Positions 18,880 through 28,880 of a DNA stretch of 64,000 bases are shown here, piece after piece; positions within the stretch are counted from its first letter, which is position 1, and the number at the start of each line of letters is the position of its first letter. The notes under the pieces are model-generated. The model had not been told where the DNA came from and did no database searches. It worked only from the letters and a program-made list of their open reading frames with translations. Source of the stretch: a virus (taxonomy: Duplodnaviria > Caudoviricetes); the IMG/VR virus record IMGVR_UViG_3300048035_000179, positions 44 to 64,043 of that record. The stretch is one strand, 5' to 3'. Made by a program: the position numbers and the translations under genes.

Positions 18880-21800
18880 TTATTGAAAATTATTTGATGA
18901 CTGTTGAGAAACTGTACCTGTTATACTTACAGGTGTTGATTGTCCTGTAACATTTGATATACCAGTAAATGAACTCACCTTGAAATTTAAATACCTTGTG
19001 CCTCCAACAAAATTACCAGGAACATAAACTTGAACTGAATCTATAGTTTGAGTATTTGTAAATGCAACGTCTACTGTTTCAGACTCTATAATAGAGTTGT
19101 TTGAGTCTATTACTACTGTTATAGATCCTGATGCCACTCCTGTAGGTTGGCTTTTACTAACATCTATCTGTACATAACCACCGTTAGAATTTACAGAGTT
19201 GCTTTGTAGTGAAAAACCACCTATTCCTAATGTTGAACTAGATGTTGTAAATGAAACAACACTTCCATAAGTAGTTCCAATATCATTTTTAGCATATGCT
19301 CTGAAATAATATGTAGCACCTTCAGCCAACAAATTAGTATTACTAGTAAATGTATAAGGGAAAGTTGAAATTGCAGACTGTGATGACTGAATTTTTGTTA
19401 CTCCACTTTCACCTATTGTTGGAGTTTGGTCTGTTATAGAGTGAACAAAACCTCTCTCAGTAATACCATTAGTTCCTGAAGTTGAACCTCCATTACTATC
19501 TATCCTACCTTTTAAAATGTTACCCGAAGAATTATAATCGAGTGTAGTTACTGTAGGTGCTGTATTGCTTGATGAACCTGTTGCCTGACTGTTTACTGAA
19601 CTATATCTTGTTCCAAAATTAGAGATTAAATACGCTTTAGCGTACACAGTTGTTTCTGCACTTAGGCTTGTGACACTATGAGACATATTTGTAATATCTC
19701 CTGATAAAACTTGTTTGGTCACCCCAGATGCCCCTATAACTGGGTTAGTATCTGTAGTAGAATAAACAAAACCAAATTCTGTTGCTGTCTCTTTGTTTAA
19801 TATTATAGAAGCATTTAAGTCTAATCCTGATGTTGTAATGTCATCAAAATTCACATTTGAAATACTTGCTCTTTTTAATGGTCTTGAATCTATAACTATA
19901 GAATCAATATCTTCTTCAATACCTGTGATAGTGATATTAAAACTGCCTGGTTGATATCCAATAGTTGATCCTGATACTGTTATCGCTGTAGCATTTGTGG
20001 TTACTCTATTTGATGCAATATCCGAGCAAACTCCTAATTCACATTCTGTAAAGTTAGTTGAGTTGTCATTTGATGCACCAAATTGCCATGGCACACTTGA
20101 TGTGCATGGTATCGTTAATGTTCCGTTAGAAGAATTTAAAGTTTTTTCTTCGAACATAGGAAATGTACCAGATGAAGCACCTGTAACTCTTATAGGCGTA
20201 TCACCACTATTCTGATAACCAAACTGATAAAGTTTATCATTTGCGTATTCTGTAAAGTTTGATACAACAATGCTATTAGAAGAAGGAAGAATATACCTTG
20301 TTAATTGCAATTCTATATTTTCAATATCTCCAAAAACCTTATCTATAGTTAGTGACTTAGTACCCATCTCATAAAAACCATCATTAGGGTTTAGAATAAA
20401 TCCACCACTTGTAGCGTTTGTTACTGTAATATCAGTTCCTGTAGGCTTTACAACAACGCCAGAAGGTATTGTAAAACCATATATTGATGTAAAAGTTAAA
20501 TCACCCTTACCATCAATTATAGTAACATCTTTTGTTATATTCCATGGTTCTTTTATAGTCACACTAACCAACCTTGTAGATGGAGCACTACCTTCGTTTA
20601 TAATTTCAATTACTGGTTCATCTGGATAATAAGGATCTTCCTGAAGAACTGTTACCACCTCTCCTGTTTGTGGTAGGGTTAGTATATATTCTGAATTATA
20701 ATCATCGTATGTTCCTGTTATAAAGTAAGGAGTGGTGTCACTAGAAATAATGCTAGACTTTTGTTTAAAGAAAGTTTTCATTTTAACATCCCCTATAGGA
20801 GTTAACCCATTATTATCATACCTTATAACTGTCTCGTTTTTTACATCAAACCAATACGCAGTTCCCTCATTTATTACTACTGATTCAGGATGTTCAGTAC
20901 CAAAAGAACCTTGTAAAGTATTCATAGTACCTATAACCCCTGAAGATACAGCCAAAAACTGACCACCACTAGATGTTTGTTGAAGTTGTTGTTCCCCTAA
21001 GTAAATACTCGTAGTTTCATTCTCAGAAATTGCCAACATAACAGTTCCTGTAGATTGTGTTTTACTCGTAATAACTAACGACCTTAATGGTCCTGTAACA
21101 TCATCTAGTCTCTTTTCATCTAAAGCACTAAATTTAGATAAACCATTGATTTTACTTCCTGGAATTTTAGTTTCACTAAAAACTATACCTGTTGTTTTTA
21201 TTTGACTACTTACTTCTTTTGGAACTAGGTTTGGTTTACCTGTTATCTGAATCCAGTTCAAAAAATAATCATTACTTGGATTCATTGATTCTGCTGCATA
21301 AGCAAATTCATCAGCCAAGTCAACTGTGATGTTATTAGTTGAGCGAACAGTTCTTCCCCAGTCTCCATTTTGAGAAAAAACACCCTCATAAATCATATGT
21401 ATTTGAGTTCCGTCACTGTTACTGACTGTAGTTCCTGCGCCTGTAGCACTATCTAAAATATTTAGACAAGCCATACCCCCATTAGAATTATCTATTGTTC
21501 CACGTCTAAAAGCGAAATTTGTAGCACCACCTTGGGCTTGGGCAATTGTATCTACTCCCAAATCAGTTTCCCAAAACAACTCTTCAATATTTGAATATGT
21601 TTGATCAACTTCATTAAAGTCTATTTCCCATCTTCTTTCTGTATAAGAATTAAAACCAGTTTTGTTTTTATATTCTTTAAAAAACAACCTAACTTCTGAA
21701 CCAACTAATATAGATCCGTTTGGAGGTGATGAGAATATACCATAAGCCCTTCGTGTTTCATTATCCATAGCAGAATTATCCGCTATTTTTGCATTAACAA

Positions 21801-24114
21801 CCCACCTGTCATTAACTGTATGACCAGTTGTAGAATCAAAAGTTATTTGAACCCCATTATCTAAGGTTTGTGCAGACCCTGTAATATTTACCTCGCTACT
21901 ATATGCGGTGTTTACTCCTATCTGACTTCTTGATCTTTTTCTCCAAACAAACTTATCAGGTGTGCCTGTAGAACTTATTTTTACATCATATCGATAGTCA
22001 TTAGTGTGAGTACCGTTATTTGAACCTGAATTACAAGTTAAATCATTATTACCATCTCCGTAAAAAACAGGAATGTCTATGTATTTTATTTCACCTTTTA
22101 TTTCGTTGTCCTGAGCATCTTTAGTACTTGAAGTTCCTTCAAAGAAAAAGTTTTCTATGCTACTTGTATCTGCCTCTAATGATCTTAAATAAACATCTCC
22201 GATTAAATTACCTGTCACATCTGAAAAAGACGCTGAGGAACCATCCCTTAATATTCTACCATTAAAGCATTCGTAGTAAAACTCATTTGGTTGTATTTTG
22301 TGTGGGCTATATATTTCATAAACAACAGAATAATCAACATTCGATAATGCGGTTGAATTAAAATAACTTGGATCATTAAGGTCATATAAGTTTGTTTTTA
22401 CATACTTACCTTCTTGTCCTATTATTGCTGCCTCTAATACATTGTCTTCTGTTATTAATTTTACTCGGTCACCCTCTTGATAAGTGTAACCCTGTTTGTA
22501 AGAAACAAGATCTCCTAAGCCTATTGCAACCCCTTCGTGATCTGTTGAAAATGTTACAAGTTCGGCATCAGAAAATGTTCCGTTAGGAGTCCCAGTAATT
22601 GCTTTATCATCATTATCATTACTTTGAGGATATAAGTTCTCTACGTTTACGGTAAAACCTCCTAATGAATCTGTTTTAAAATATCTTATTTTGTCAGAAA
22701 GATTAGAAATAGTAAAGTCTTTAGTTAAGTTTTTAGTTCTTACTACAGCATAATATTCTGCCCAATCTGGAATCTTGTTTTTTAAAGAGTCATTCAAGGT
22801 AAATTTTATCGAAGAATTATAATTGTTTAAAGAAACACCTCTTTCAGGTGTTATAACTTTTAAACTGTCATCTGTTAAAACTCCTCCAGTTCTACCTGCA
22901 AAATCATAGAAAGCAATACCTATTTGATAAGCAGATGAATGAGCAAAACCAACCTTACCACCTCTGTTTCTATCATATTGTGAAAAACTATCAGAAAAAG
23001 AAGTTGATATTAATTCTAAAGAAATATCTGAAGAATCTATCTGCCTTGGATTTATTCTACCTTCTTTAATATTTCCTAAAAACATTCTGTTTCTTGCAAT
23101 ACTTAATGCCTCTGCTTCATAAGGAACTGTGTCATAAAGTTTTATAGAATTTGTATCATCTACTGCAAAACCTAAAACATCATTGTAAAAGTCAGCGGTT
23201 ATAACCCCTAACTGACTGTTTGTTTGATTTCCAAACTCTGTTGAATGTGTTACATAGTCAAATTCTTTCCAGATAAAATAAGAGGTATCGCTATCAAATT
23301 TTACAGCATACTGTATTTTGTTAACATCCTGTGATACACCATAACTTTCCGCCTCATACATTGGAAAATCTACTTTTATCTTTTTAGATGTTTTATGATT
23401 ATCATCATCCATATCCTGATTTGGATAATGGTGTGAAGTAGGGGAGAATACACTTGTTTCTCCATCCTTATAAACATAACGATAAGCAAAAGTATGTGCT
23501 CGTGATTTTAAAAATGATGTATCTCTTTCATTATCTTCCTGAACTGTTATATTCAAGGGTAACATAGGAGGTTTTCTAATTAAAGTAATTATAGATTTTC
23601 CTATTGGTTGAACATAAGGTGATTCTGTAGTAACATAATCAACATTATTTGTTGCTATTCCTCTTTCTACATTTATTCTAAAAGGCTCTCTTCCGTCAAC
23701 ACCTGTCCAATATAATATATCATCAATATAACCTATTCCTGTTATTGGTTTTTCGACATTAAAATTTAACTTGTATGAAGAACTTAAATTACTGTCTGAC
23801 AGTACTTTATATATGTTTTCTTGTTTTGGTTTATAGCAAAAAATTGAAGACGAATTATCATCTGTATTAACTACAAAGTAGAAAACATTATTAGTGGTCG
23901 CATCCTCGTAAGAACCTATAACCTTTGTGTTTTTAGTAGATTGTGTTTGAGGTATTTTTCTTGTACCATTAACATTCGACATTGCACCTGATTTCCCTTC
24001 TGATGAAGATATTACTCTTGCGTTAAGAGCATCTAAATTATCTTGACCAGTTAAGGAAAAAAAAGAGTCATCGGTATTTAAACCCGCTATAAATGTTTTC
24101 TTTGAATTCTCCAT
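18880..24114 (-). CDS. Tail stabilization (muzzle, P22 gp10-like) protein, N-terminal part, with FN3-like C-terminal additions
   Basis: F..GLNTDD...DALN.R N-terminus, FAYRYVY.DGE.S.FSP, NRMFLGN and G...HPES. C-terminal FN3-like segments GFVYST and TYYFRAYAKN..GT.YG. Confidence 0.7.
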   Translation of the reverse strand: MENSKKTFIAGLNTDDSFFSLTGQDNLDALNARVISSSEGKSGAMSNVNGTRKIPQTQSTKNTKVIGSYEDATTNNVFYFVVNTDDNSSSIFCYKPKQENIYKVLSDSNLSSSYKLNFNVEKPITGIGYIDDILYWTGVDGREPFRINVERGIATNNVDYVTTESPYVQPIGKSIITLIRKPPMLPLNITVQEDNERDTSFLKSRAHTFAYRYVYKDGETSVFSPTSHHYPNQDMDDDNHKTSKKIKVDFPMYEAESYGVSQDVNKIQYAVKFDSDTSYFIWKEFDYVTHSTEFGNQTNSQLGVITADFYNDVLGFAVDDTNSIKLYDTVPYEAEALSIARNRMFLGNIKEGRINPRQIDSSDISLELISTSFSDSFSQYDRNRGGKVGFAHSSAYQIGIAFYDFAGRTGGVLTDDSLKVITPERGVSLNNYNSSIKFTLNDSLKNKIPDWAEYYAVVRTKNLTKDFTISNLSDKIRYFKTDSLGGFTVNVENLYPQSNDNDDKAITGTPNGTFSDAELVTFSTDHEGVAIGLGDLVSYKQGYTYQEGDRVKLITEDNVLEAAIIGQEGKYVKTNLYDLNDPSYFNSTALSNVDYSVVYEIYSPHKIQPNEFYYECFNGRILRDGSSASFSDVTGNLIGDVYLRSLEADTSSIENFFFEGTSSTKDAQDNEIKGEIKYIDIPVFYGDGNNDLTCNSGSNNGTHTNDYRYDVKISSTGTPDKFVWRKRSRSQIGVNTAYSSEVNITGSAQTLDNGVQITFDSTTGHTVNDRWVVNAKIADNSAMDNETRRAYGIFSSPPNGSILVGSEVRLFFKEYKNKTGFNSYTERRWEIDFNEVDQTYSNIEELFWETDLGVDTIAQAQGGATNFAFRRGTIDNSNGGMACLNILDSATGAGTTVSNSDGTQIHMIYEGVFSQNGDWGRTVRSTNNITVDLADEFAYAAESMNPSNDYFLNWIQITGKPNLVPKEVSSQIKTTGIVFSETKIPGSKINGLSKFSALDEKRLDDVTGPLRSLVITSKTQSTGTVMLAISENETTSIYLGEQQLQQTSSGGQFLAVSSGVIGTMNTLQGSFGTEHPESVVINEGTAYWFDVKNETVIRYDNNGLTPIGDVKMKTFFKQKSSIISSDTTPYFITGTYDDYNSEYILTLPQTGEVVTVLQEDPYYPDEPVIEIINEGSAPSTRLVSVTIKEPWNITKDVTIIDGKGDLTFTSIYGFTIPSGVVVKPTGTDITVTNATSGGFILNPNDGFYEMGTKSLTIDKVFGDIENIELQLTRYILPSSNSIVVSNFTEYANDKLYQFGYQNSGDTPIRVTGASSGTFPMFEEKTLNSSNGTLTIPCTSSVPWQFGASNDNSTNFTECELGVCSDIASNRVTTNATAITVSGSTIGYQPGSFNITITGIEEDIDSIVIDSRPLKRASISNVNFDDITTSGLDLNASIILNKETATEFGFVYSTTDTNPVIGASGVTKQVLSGDITNMSHSVTSLSAETTVYAKAYLISNFGTRYSSVNSQATGSSSNTAPTVTTLDYNSSGNILKGRIDSNGGSTSGTNGITERGFVHSITDQTPTIGESGVTKIQSSQSAISTFPYTFTSNTNLLAEGATYYFRAYAKNDIGTTYGSVVSFTTSSSTLGIGGFSLQSNSVNSNGGYVQIDVSKSQPTGVASGSITVVIDSNNSIIESETVDVAFTNTQTIDSVQVYVPGNFVGGTRYLNFKVSSFTGISNVTGQSTPVSITGTVSQQSSNNFQ

Positions 24115-24116
24115 TC

Positions 24117-24878
24117 TTAAGATTTAATAGCCGCATATGTATGTGATCTTAAAGACTTAAGAACATCATCTAACGACAACTGATAGTTTCTACTTCTATA
24201 TCTTTTATGTGCTTGTATCCACTCTTCTTTAGCCATCATTTTTTGATTCATAGGAACTGTTCTATCGTGTTCAGTGAACCTCCATAGAATATATCTTTCT
24301 ACCGCTTCTCCTGCATAAGCAGGTAGGGTAGTAGCATCAGTTCCACTATCTGAGAATCCAGTAGTTATATAATCAACAACTATTTCTGTTGCCTTATGTA
24401 AAGAAGGATCAAGCATAATTTTATTTCTTTCTGGAATCACCATGAAAGAGTTTTTGTATGTGGACTTATGTCCAAAATGTCTTCCTATATGTTCACTTTT
24501 ATCATTCCCATGAGATGAGTAATAATGAGAGTCAGAATAAATCAAGTCCTGATCAGATTCTACATCTGGATATGGTATTTGATTACCATCTGAATCTAAA
24601 TTCATTAACCTATTAAATGAATCTTTTTCTATTAATTTTTGAACATATTGACCTTGTTCCCATCCAACTCTTATATAATCAACAAAGTCGTCTGGTAGTG
24701 TTATTTCAAGGTTTGCATCAACAGTTAATTTTGTTGACTTAATTTTAAATGGCGAATCAAACCCAATTTCTTTAACAGCCTTAAGTGCATAATGTAAATA
24801 ATGCATATAATAATGTATTGGCTTACCTGTTGTAAGTAAGGCTGATCGCACTATTTCGTTTACTGTATATACTTTCAT
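24117..24878 (-). CDS. Tail ring/tubular protein (crAss-like, P22 gp4-like)
   Basis: LPDDFVDYIRV motif. Lies upstream of the muzzle gene. Confidence 0.65.
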   Translation of the reverse strand: MKVYTVNEIVRSALLTTGKPIHYYMHYLHYALKAVKEIGFDSPFKIKSTKLTVDANLEITLPDDFVDYIRVGWEQGQYVQKLIEKDSFNRLMNLDSDGNQIPYPDVESDQDLIYSDSHYYSSHGNDKSEHIGRHFGHKSTYKNSFMVIPERNKIMLDPSLHKATEIVVDYITTGFSDSGTDATTLPAYAGEAVERYILWRFTEHDRTVPMNQKMMAKEEWIQAHKRYRSRNYQLSLDDVLKSLRSHTYAAIKS

Positions 24879-25516
24879 ATCTGACTATTTGAATCTGAGA
24901 CCTTATCCACTACTTTAGGTAGCGCACCAATCAATGTTAAAACTTCTTTTACTACTGCCTCTTCCATCTCAATAGGTATCTGCAAATAATCATACTCACC
25001 TAAAATTGTAGGATCTACAACTAATAATTGTACTCTAACTTTAGTTACGTTAAAGGGACTTTCTGTGATATCAGTTAAAAAATTTATCACATTTCCTTCT
25101 ACCCAATATCCAACCTGTGTTTCTAAGAATTTTAATTGATCTTGAGATGACACTAAAGATTGTTGTCCTGTCTGAAGAGGTATGTACTCATCTCTTGTTC
25201 CCGCACTGTTACTTACTGACCAAACACCCATATTTCTAGGTAGAGATATAGGCATAACTGGTAAAAACGCATGCACATATTCATTTTGCTCTGTATTGCT
25301 TGTTAAATTAACATAATACGTTGTTATCAATGTATGTGGAGGAAACATTTCTCCTGCTTGCATATTAACAGCCAAATGCTCAGTTTTGAGCAATCTATTA
25401 ATTACTTGACCCACCAAAAGATTTATATCATCTCTTGACATTTCTTTATCATCAGAAGGATTTCCACCTGTGTACAGTCTTAATATCTGATCTGTTATTT
25501 TACCTTTTGTTATCAT
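24875..25516 (-). CDS. Tail ring/adaptor protein
   Basis: Synteny with crAss-like ring genes. Confidence 0.6.
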   Translation of the reverse strand: MITKGKITDQILRLYTGGNPSDDKEMSRDDINLLVGQVINRLLKTEHLAVNMQAGEMFPPHTLITTYYVNLTSNTEQNEYVHAFLPVMPISLPRNMGVWSVSNSAGTRDEYIPLQTGQQSLVSSQDQLKFLETQVGYWVEGNVINFLTDITESPFNVTKVRVQLLVVDPTILGEYDYLQIPIEMEEAVVKEVLTLIGALPKVVDKVSDSNSQI

Positions 25517-26388
25517 AATCCTTCTTTGTTTTTAGACTCAGTATAGTTATACACATTTACATCTTCTAAATGAACGCCAAGTGAGGTCAAAGCCCTATTA
25601 ATTATATCATTAATACAGTCCTCAGCCCAATCTAAATTTAAAGAGGGGACTAATGAATAAGATGTACCTGCTGAAACAGTAGTTCCATTTGGAAGTGTTA
25701 GAGCATTGTTTGCTGTAAATGTTGCCGCTGATGTTGTGGAAGGATTATGAACTATCTTTCTACCATCAACCACATGACTAAATCTAGGTTTTGTAGGTCT
25801 AGTTAAATACATTATATAACCTGAATGCTGTGTCTCTGGAAATATTTGTATTTTTTTACCGCTATCCCCTAATATACCTATAGGAGAGGTTGTACTAGGT
25901 GCTGCAACTTGAGATATTAGTCTATCTGCTAATTGATCTTCATTTACTATTTTAACAGCCTTACTAAATGTCTTATTTACAGTAGATTGACTAAAAGTAA
26001 TGGTTCCATCGGTTATTGTATATGTATTGCTTGGTGTGTTATTTAAAGTACCAACAACATATAGACCTAACAAATGAAGATATTCAGGATTATTACCTCC
26101 ACCACTGTTAGTAAAATTTTCTAAATCTAAAACACCACTACTATTAGTAGTGAATTGTCTTCGCATTTTAAAATGCCTAAGATCATCAGATATTTTTTGT
26201 GTCTGACCATATGCTATAGGAGGAATAGGTCTGCCTGGCTGATGTAACTTTGGGTTACTATACAGTTCAACAAACTTAGACATTTGACCCCTATCTATAG
26301 CAGCGTCAATATCAGTGTGAGAGACATACCCTGTAGTCTCTTTGTTAAGTATGAATACTATGTAATCATGAATCTCCTTTATTGTCAT
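25513..26388 (-). CDS. Tail ring/adaptor protein
   Basis: ILNKE..GY N-terminus and YLTRP.KP motif as seen in Bacteroidota podovirus ring proteins. Confidence 0.6.
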   Translation of the reverse strand: MTIKEIHDYIVFILNKETTGYVSHTDIDAAIDRGQMSKFVELYSNPKLHQPGRPIPPIAYGQTQKISDDLRHFKMRRQFTTNSSGVLDLENFTNSGGGNNPEYLHLLGLYVVGTLNNTPSNTYTITDGTITFSQSTVNKTFSKAVKIVNEDQLADRLISQVAAPSTTSPIGILGDSGKKIQIFPETQHSGYIMYLTRPTKPRFSHVVDGRKIVHNPSTTSAATFTANNALTLPNGTTVSAGTSYSLVPSLNLDWAEDCINDIINRALTSLGVHLEDVNVYNYTESKNKEGL

Positions 26389-26653
26389 CTTGCTCTACAT
26401 TTGCAGGAGCAGCATCTTCAATAATTTCACCTGTTTTGATATCAATTGTAACTTCACCGTAAGATTCTTTTAAACTATTTTGAATCTCTTGTTGTTCTGT
26501 AACCGATTCATTCCAAAGGTTTAGTAATTCTGCCTTCCTCTGATCATACGATTGCTTCGCTATTACCATATCACCCAGTTGAGTTTTGATTTCAAACTGC
26601 TTCTGATTATTTTTTTGAACTTTTTCTAGTTCGGCTTTTTTAATCTTTGCCAT
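26366..26653 (-). CDS. Small coiled-coil protein
   Basis: Coiled coil ending in YGEVTIDIKTGEI. Confidence 0.6.
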   Translation of the reverse strand: MAKIKKAELEKVQKNNQKQFEIKTQLGDMVIAKQSYDQRKAELLNLWNESVTEQQEIQNSLKESYGEVTIDIKTGEIIEDAAPANVEQDDNKGDS

Positions 26654-26733
26654 AATAAATGTTGTTTTAATTTTTGTTTATACAAATAAAGTGAAATAAT
26701 ATAAAGGACAGGTATTTTTTTACTGTTCAGTTT

Positions 26734-27399
26734 TTAAGTGAAAATAAATGTTTTTTCGTGACCTAGTTTTACAGACAAATCAAAGTTAATATCGTATCCT
26801 GCCGCCTTTATTTTTCTAAAGAAAACAACGTCTTCTCCGTAGTTTTTATCTGCTTGATCATCAAACCATAGTGGCGGAGTAAGTTTAGCAAAAACTTCTT
26901 TTTTTATTAGAGTCCAACCAAGACCTGCAAAGTCACCTTGTACCATCTGATCTTTGTGTTTTTCTACATACTCATCATTAATCCAGTCTCCTCCTTCTGA
27001 TTGGTCACCCCCAACCCATGCTGACCAAGCATTATCAGGTTTTATCCTATATATACCTGAAACAACAGGAACATCTCTTGATATTAAATTCTCTAAGTCT
27101 TTAGGGTGAAAGGTCATGTCAGAGTCGATAAGTAACATGTAATCAAAATCAAACTTACCATCAAAGGGTTGTGCTGAATTATGAGACGTACCCATAACCT
27201 TATCTCTTGAAGTTTGTATAAGTGAACTGTAATCAATATTAGATGTAAACACATAACCGTTGTTTACTATCCACATAATTAGGTTTGTCCAAGAATTTAA
27301 AAAATTGTTTGAAAATCTATTTCCTGGACATGCAATAAAAATTCTAGGTTTGTTTTGATCTCTGCAATCTACGCATGGTTCTTCTTTGTTTTCTATCAT
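26734..27399 (-). CDS. GT-A fold glycosyltransferase (GT2-like)
   Basis: YMLLIDSD (DxD), GLGWTLIKKEVF, GEDVVF and KLGHEK. Confidence 0.8.
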   Translation of the reverse strand: MIENKEEPCVDCRDQNKPRIFIACPGNRFSNNFLNSWTNLIMWIVNNGYVFTSNIDYSSLIQTSRDKVMGTSHNSAQPFDGKFDFDYMLLIDSDMTFHPKDLENLISRDVPVVSGIYRIKPDNAWSAWVGGDQSEGGDWINDEYVEKHKDQMVQGDFAGLGWTLIKKEVFAKLTPPLWFDDQADKNYGEDVVFFRKIKAAGYDINFDLSVKLGHEKTFIFT

Positions 27400-27420
27400 T
27401 GTTGTTTGTTTTAATTAAAA

Positions 27421-28479
27421 TTACTCTTCTGCGAAATAGAGATAAGTATCATCTATATTTCCGCCTCCATTTTGATTGTTTTTAAATGAAATAATATTAT
27501 ACTGATTACCACCTGGATATCCATTCAAAGTAAACGATGATGATGGGAAAGAACCAGTTCTCCAACCAGTCCCGTTAAAAGCAACTTCAGTTCCTGCACT
27601 ACTATTTGTTTGATATATTGTGTTTCCTATAGCCCAAGCACTTCCTGCACACTGATGAATGTAAGCAGTACTCCAAGAAGAACTATTATATCTTTGACTA
27701 TACCCATGATTCCAAGCACTTACAGCAGAAGCATATTGGTAGGCAGTTGAAGAGGCACTTCCTAATAACGGTACAGCATACATTGTTCCATTATAAGAAC
27801 AAGATCCATTAACATAGAACTGATCAAATGAAGCAGATCTTGAAGCGGATGAATTTGGGGTTGATCCAAAATATATTGTTAAATCTGACCCAGAATTAAG
27901 TGTTCCTGTAAATGTTTGGTATCCTGTTGAAGTGTGTGTATGGACTAATGTTTGATTTATTAAAGTGTAACCTGTTGTTGAGGTTTGAGTTCCTTTATAT
28001 ATTTTTAATTCACACTGATCGCTATACTGCCTATAAACTCTTATATTATAAGTTACTGAACTACTAGAATTGTTTCTATATCTACCAAACCTTGAAAGAT
28101 AACCAAACCCACTCCCTCCCCCTGGGTTTACTGCTCCTGTTGCACCTGCAATTGCGGTTGCACTACTACAGCCTGTTTGTGAACCTGGGGTCATAAAAGT
28201 ACTATCTATAATTAATAAACATTTACCTGTTGAACCTGAAGCATCGTGATCGTAACCATACCACTCACTCATAGCGTGAGGAGCCACTGTGTCTGGTTTA
28301 TTTGCAGAATTATTATTAGTAGGAGGGTATTCTTCACTATTACCATAAGCATCACCACTTAGAGCCATGTCGGTAAGACTGTAAGGTCCGCTACCATCAT
28401 CACCATCATTATAGTCGTTACTAAGTTTTTCATTACCTATAGAAAATAGGCTTAAAGTTCCACTACTAGGTACTGCCAT
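27421..28479 (-). CDS. Virion/tail-associated protein
   Basis: MAVPSSG.LSL...PHAMSEWYGYDH N-terminus and a Ser/Gly/Thr-rich beta-rich body. Confidence 0.6.
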   Translation of the reverse strand: MAVPSSGTLSLFSIGNEKLSNDYNDGDDGSGPYSLTDMALSGDAYGNSEEYPPTNNNSANKPDTVAPHAMSEWYGYDHDASGSTGKCLLIIDSTFMTPGSQTGCSSATAIAGATGAVNPGGGSGFGYLSRFGRYRNNSSSSVTYNIRVYRQYSDQCELKIYKGTQTSTTGYTLINQTLVHTHTSTGYQTFTGTLNSGSDLTIYFGSTPNSSASRSASFDQFYVNGSCSYNGTMYAVPLLGSASSTAYQYASAVSAWNHGYSQRYNSSSWSTAYIHQCAGSAWAIGNTIYQTNSSAGTEVAFNGTGWRTGSFPSSSFTLNGYPGGNQYNIISFKNNQNGGGNIDDTYLYFAEE

Positions 28480-28875
28480 TTATTCATCGTTTTGTGCGTT
28501 CTGAGCATCTATTTCCTCTTGACCTGGAGGTAATGCCTCCCAAGGCATTATATCAGGCTTTACGTATTTTTGCTGTTCAATTATATTTATTTGATTATCT
28601 AAAACCCTATAAACCCTTAACTCTTCTTCTTCAGGTAGCCTACACCAATCCTGAGCCATCTCATAAGTAACGTCACTGTAATCAATATAAGACTCTGTAC
28701 TTGGTGACCCCATCATTTTGACCCCTGTGAAATTTGTTACAGTTCCTGTTTCTGATGTAGCCTCATATCTCCAATCTACCTTTGTAATAACATTGATTAG
28801 TTCTGATTCTTCATCAATATTTTGTACAGGTTGCACATAAATTTGATCAATTAATAATAAGTAAGTATTCGCCAT
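28480..28875 (-). CDS. Tail-fibre-associated small protein
   Basis: Directly downstream of the fibre gene. NVITKVDWRY...YIDYSDVT...W motif. Confidence 0.55.
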   Translation of the reverse strand: MANTYLLLIDQIYVQPVQNIDEESELINVITKVDWRYEATSETGTVTNFTGVKMMGSPSTESYIDYSDVTYEMAQDWCRLPEEEELRVYRVLDNQINIIEQQKYVKPDIMPWEALPPGQEEIDAQNAQNDE

Positions 28876-28880
28876 AATTT

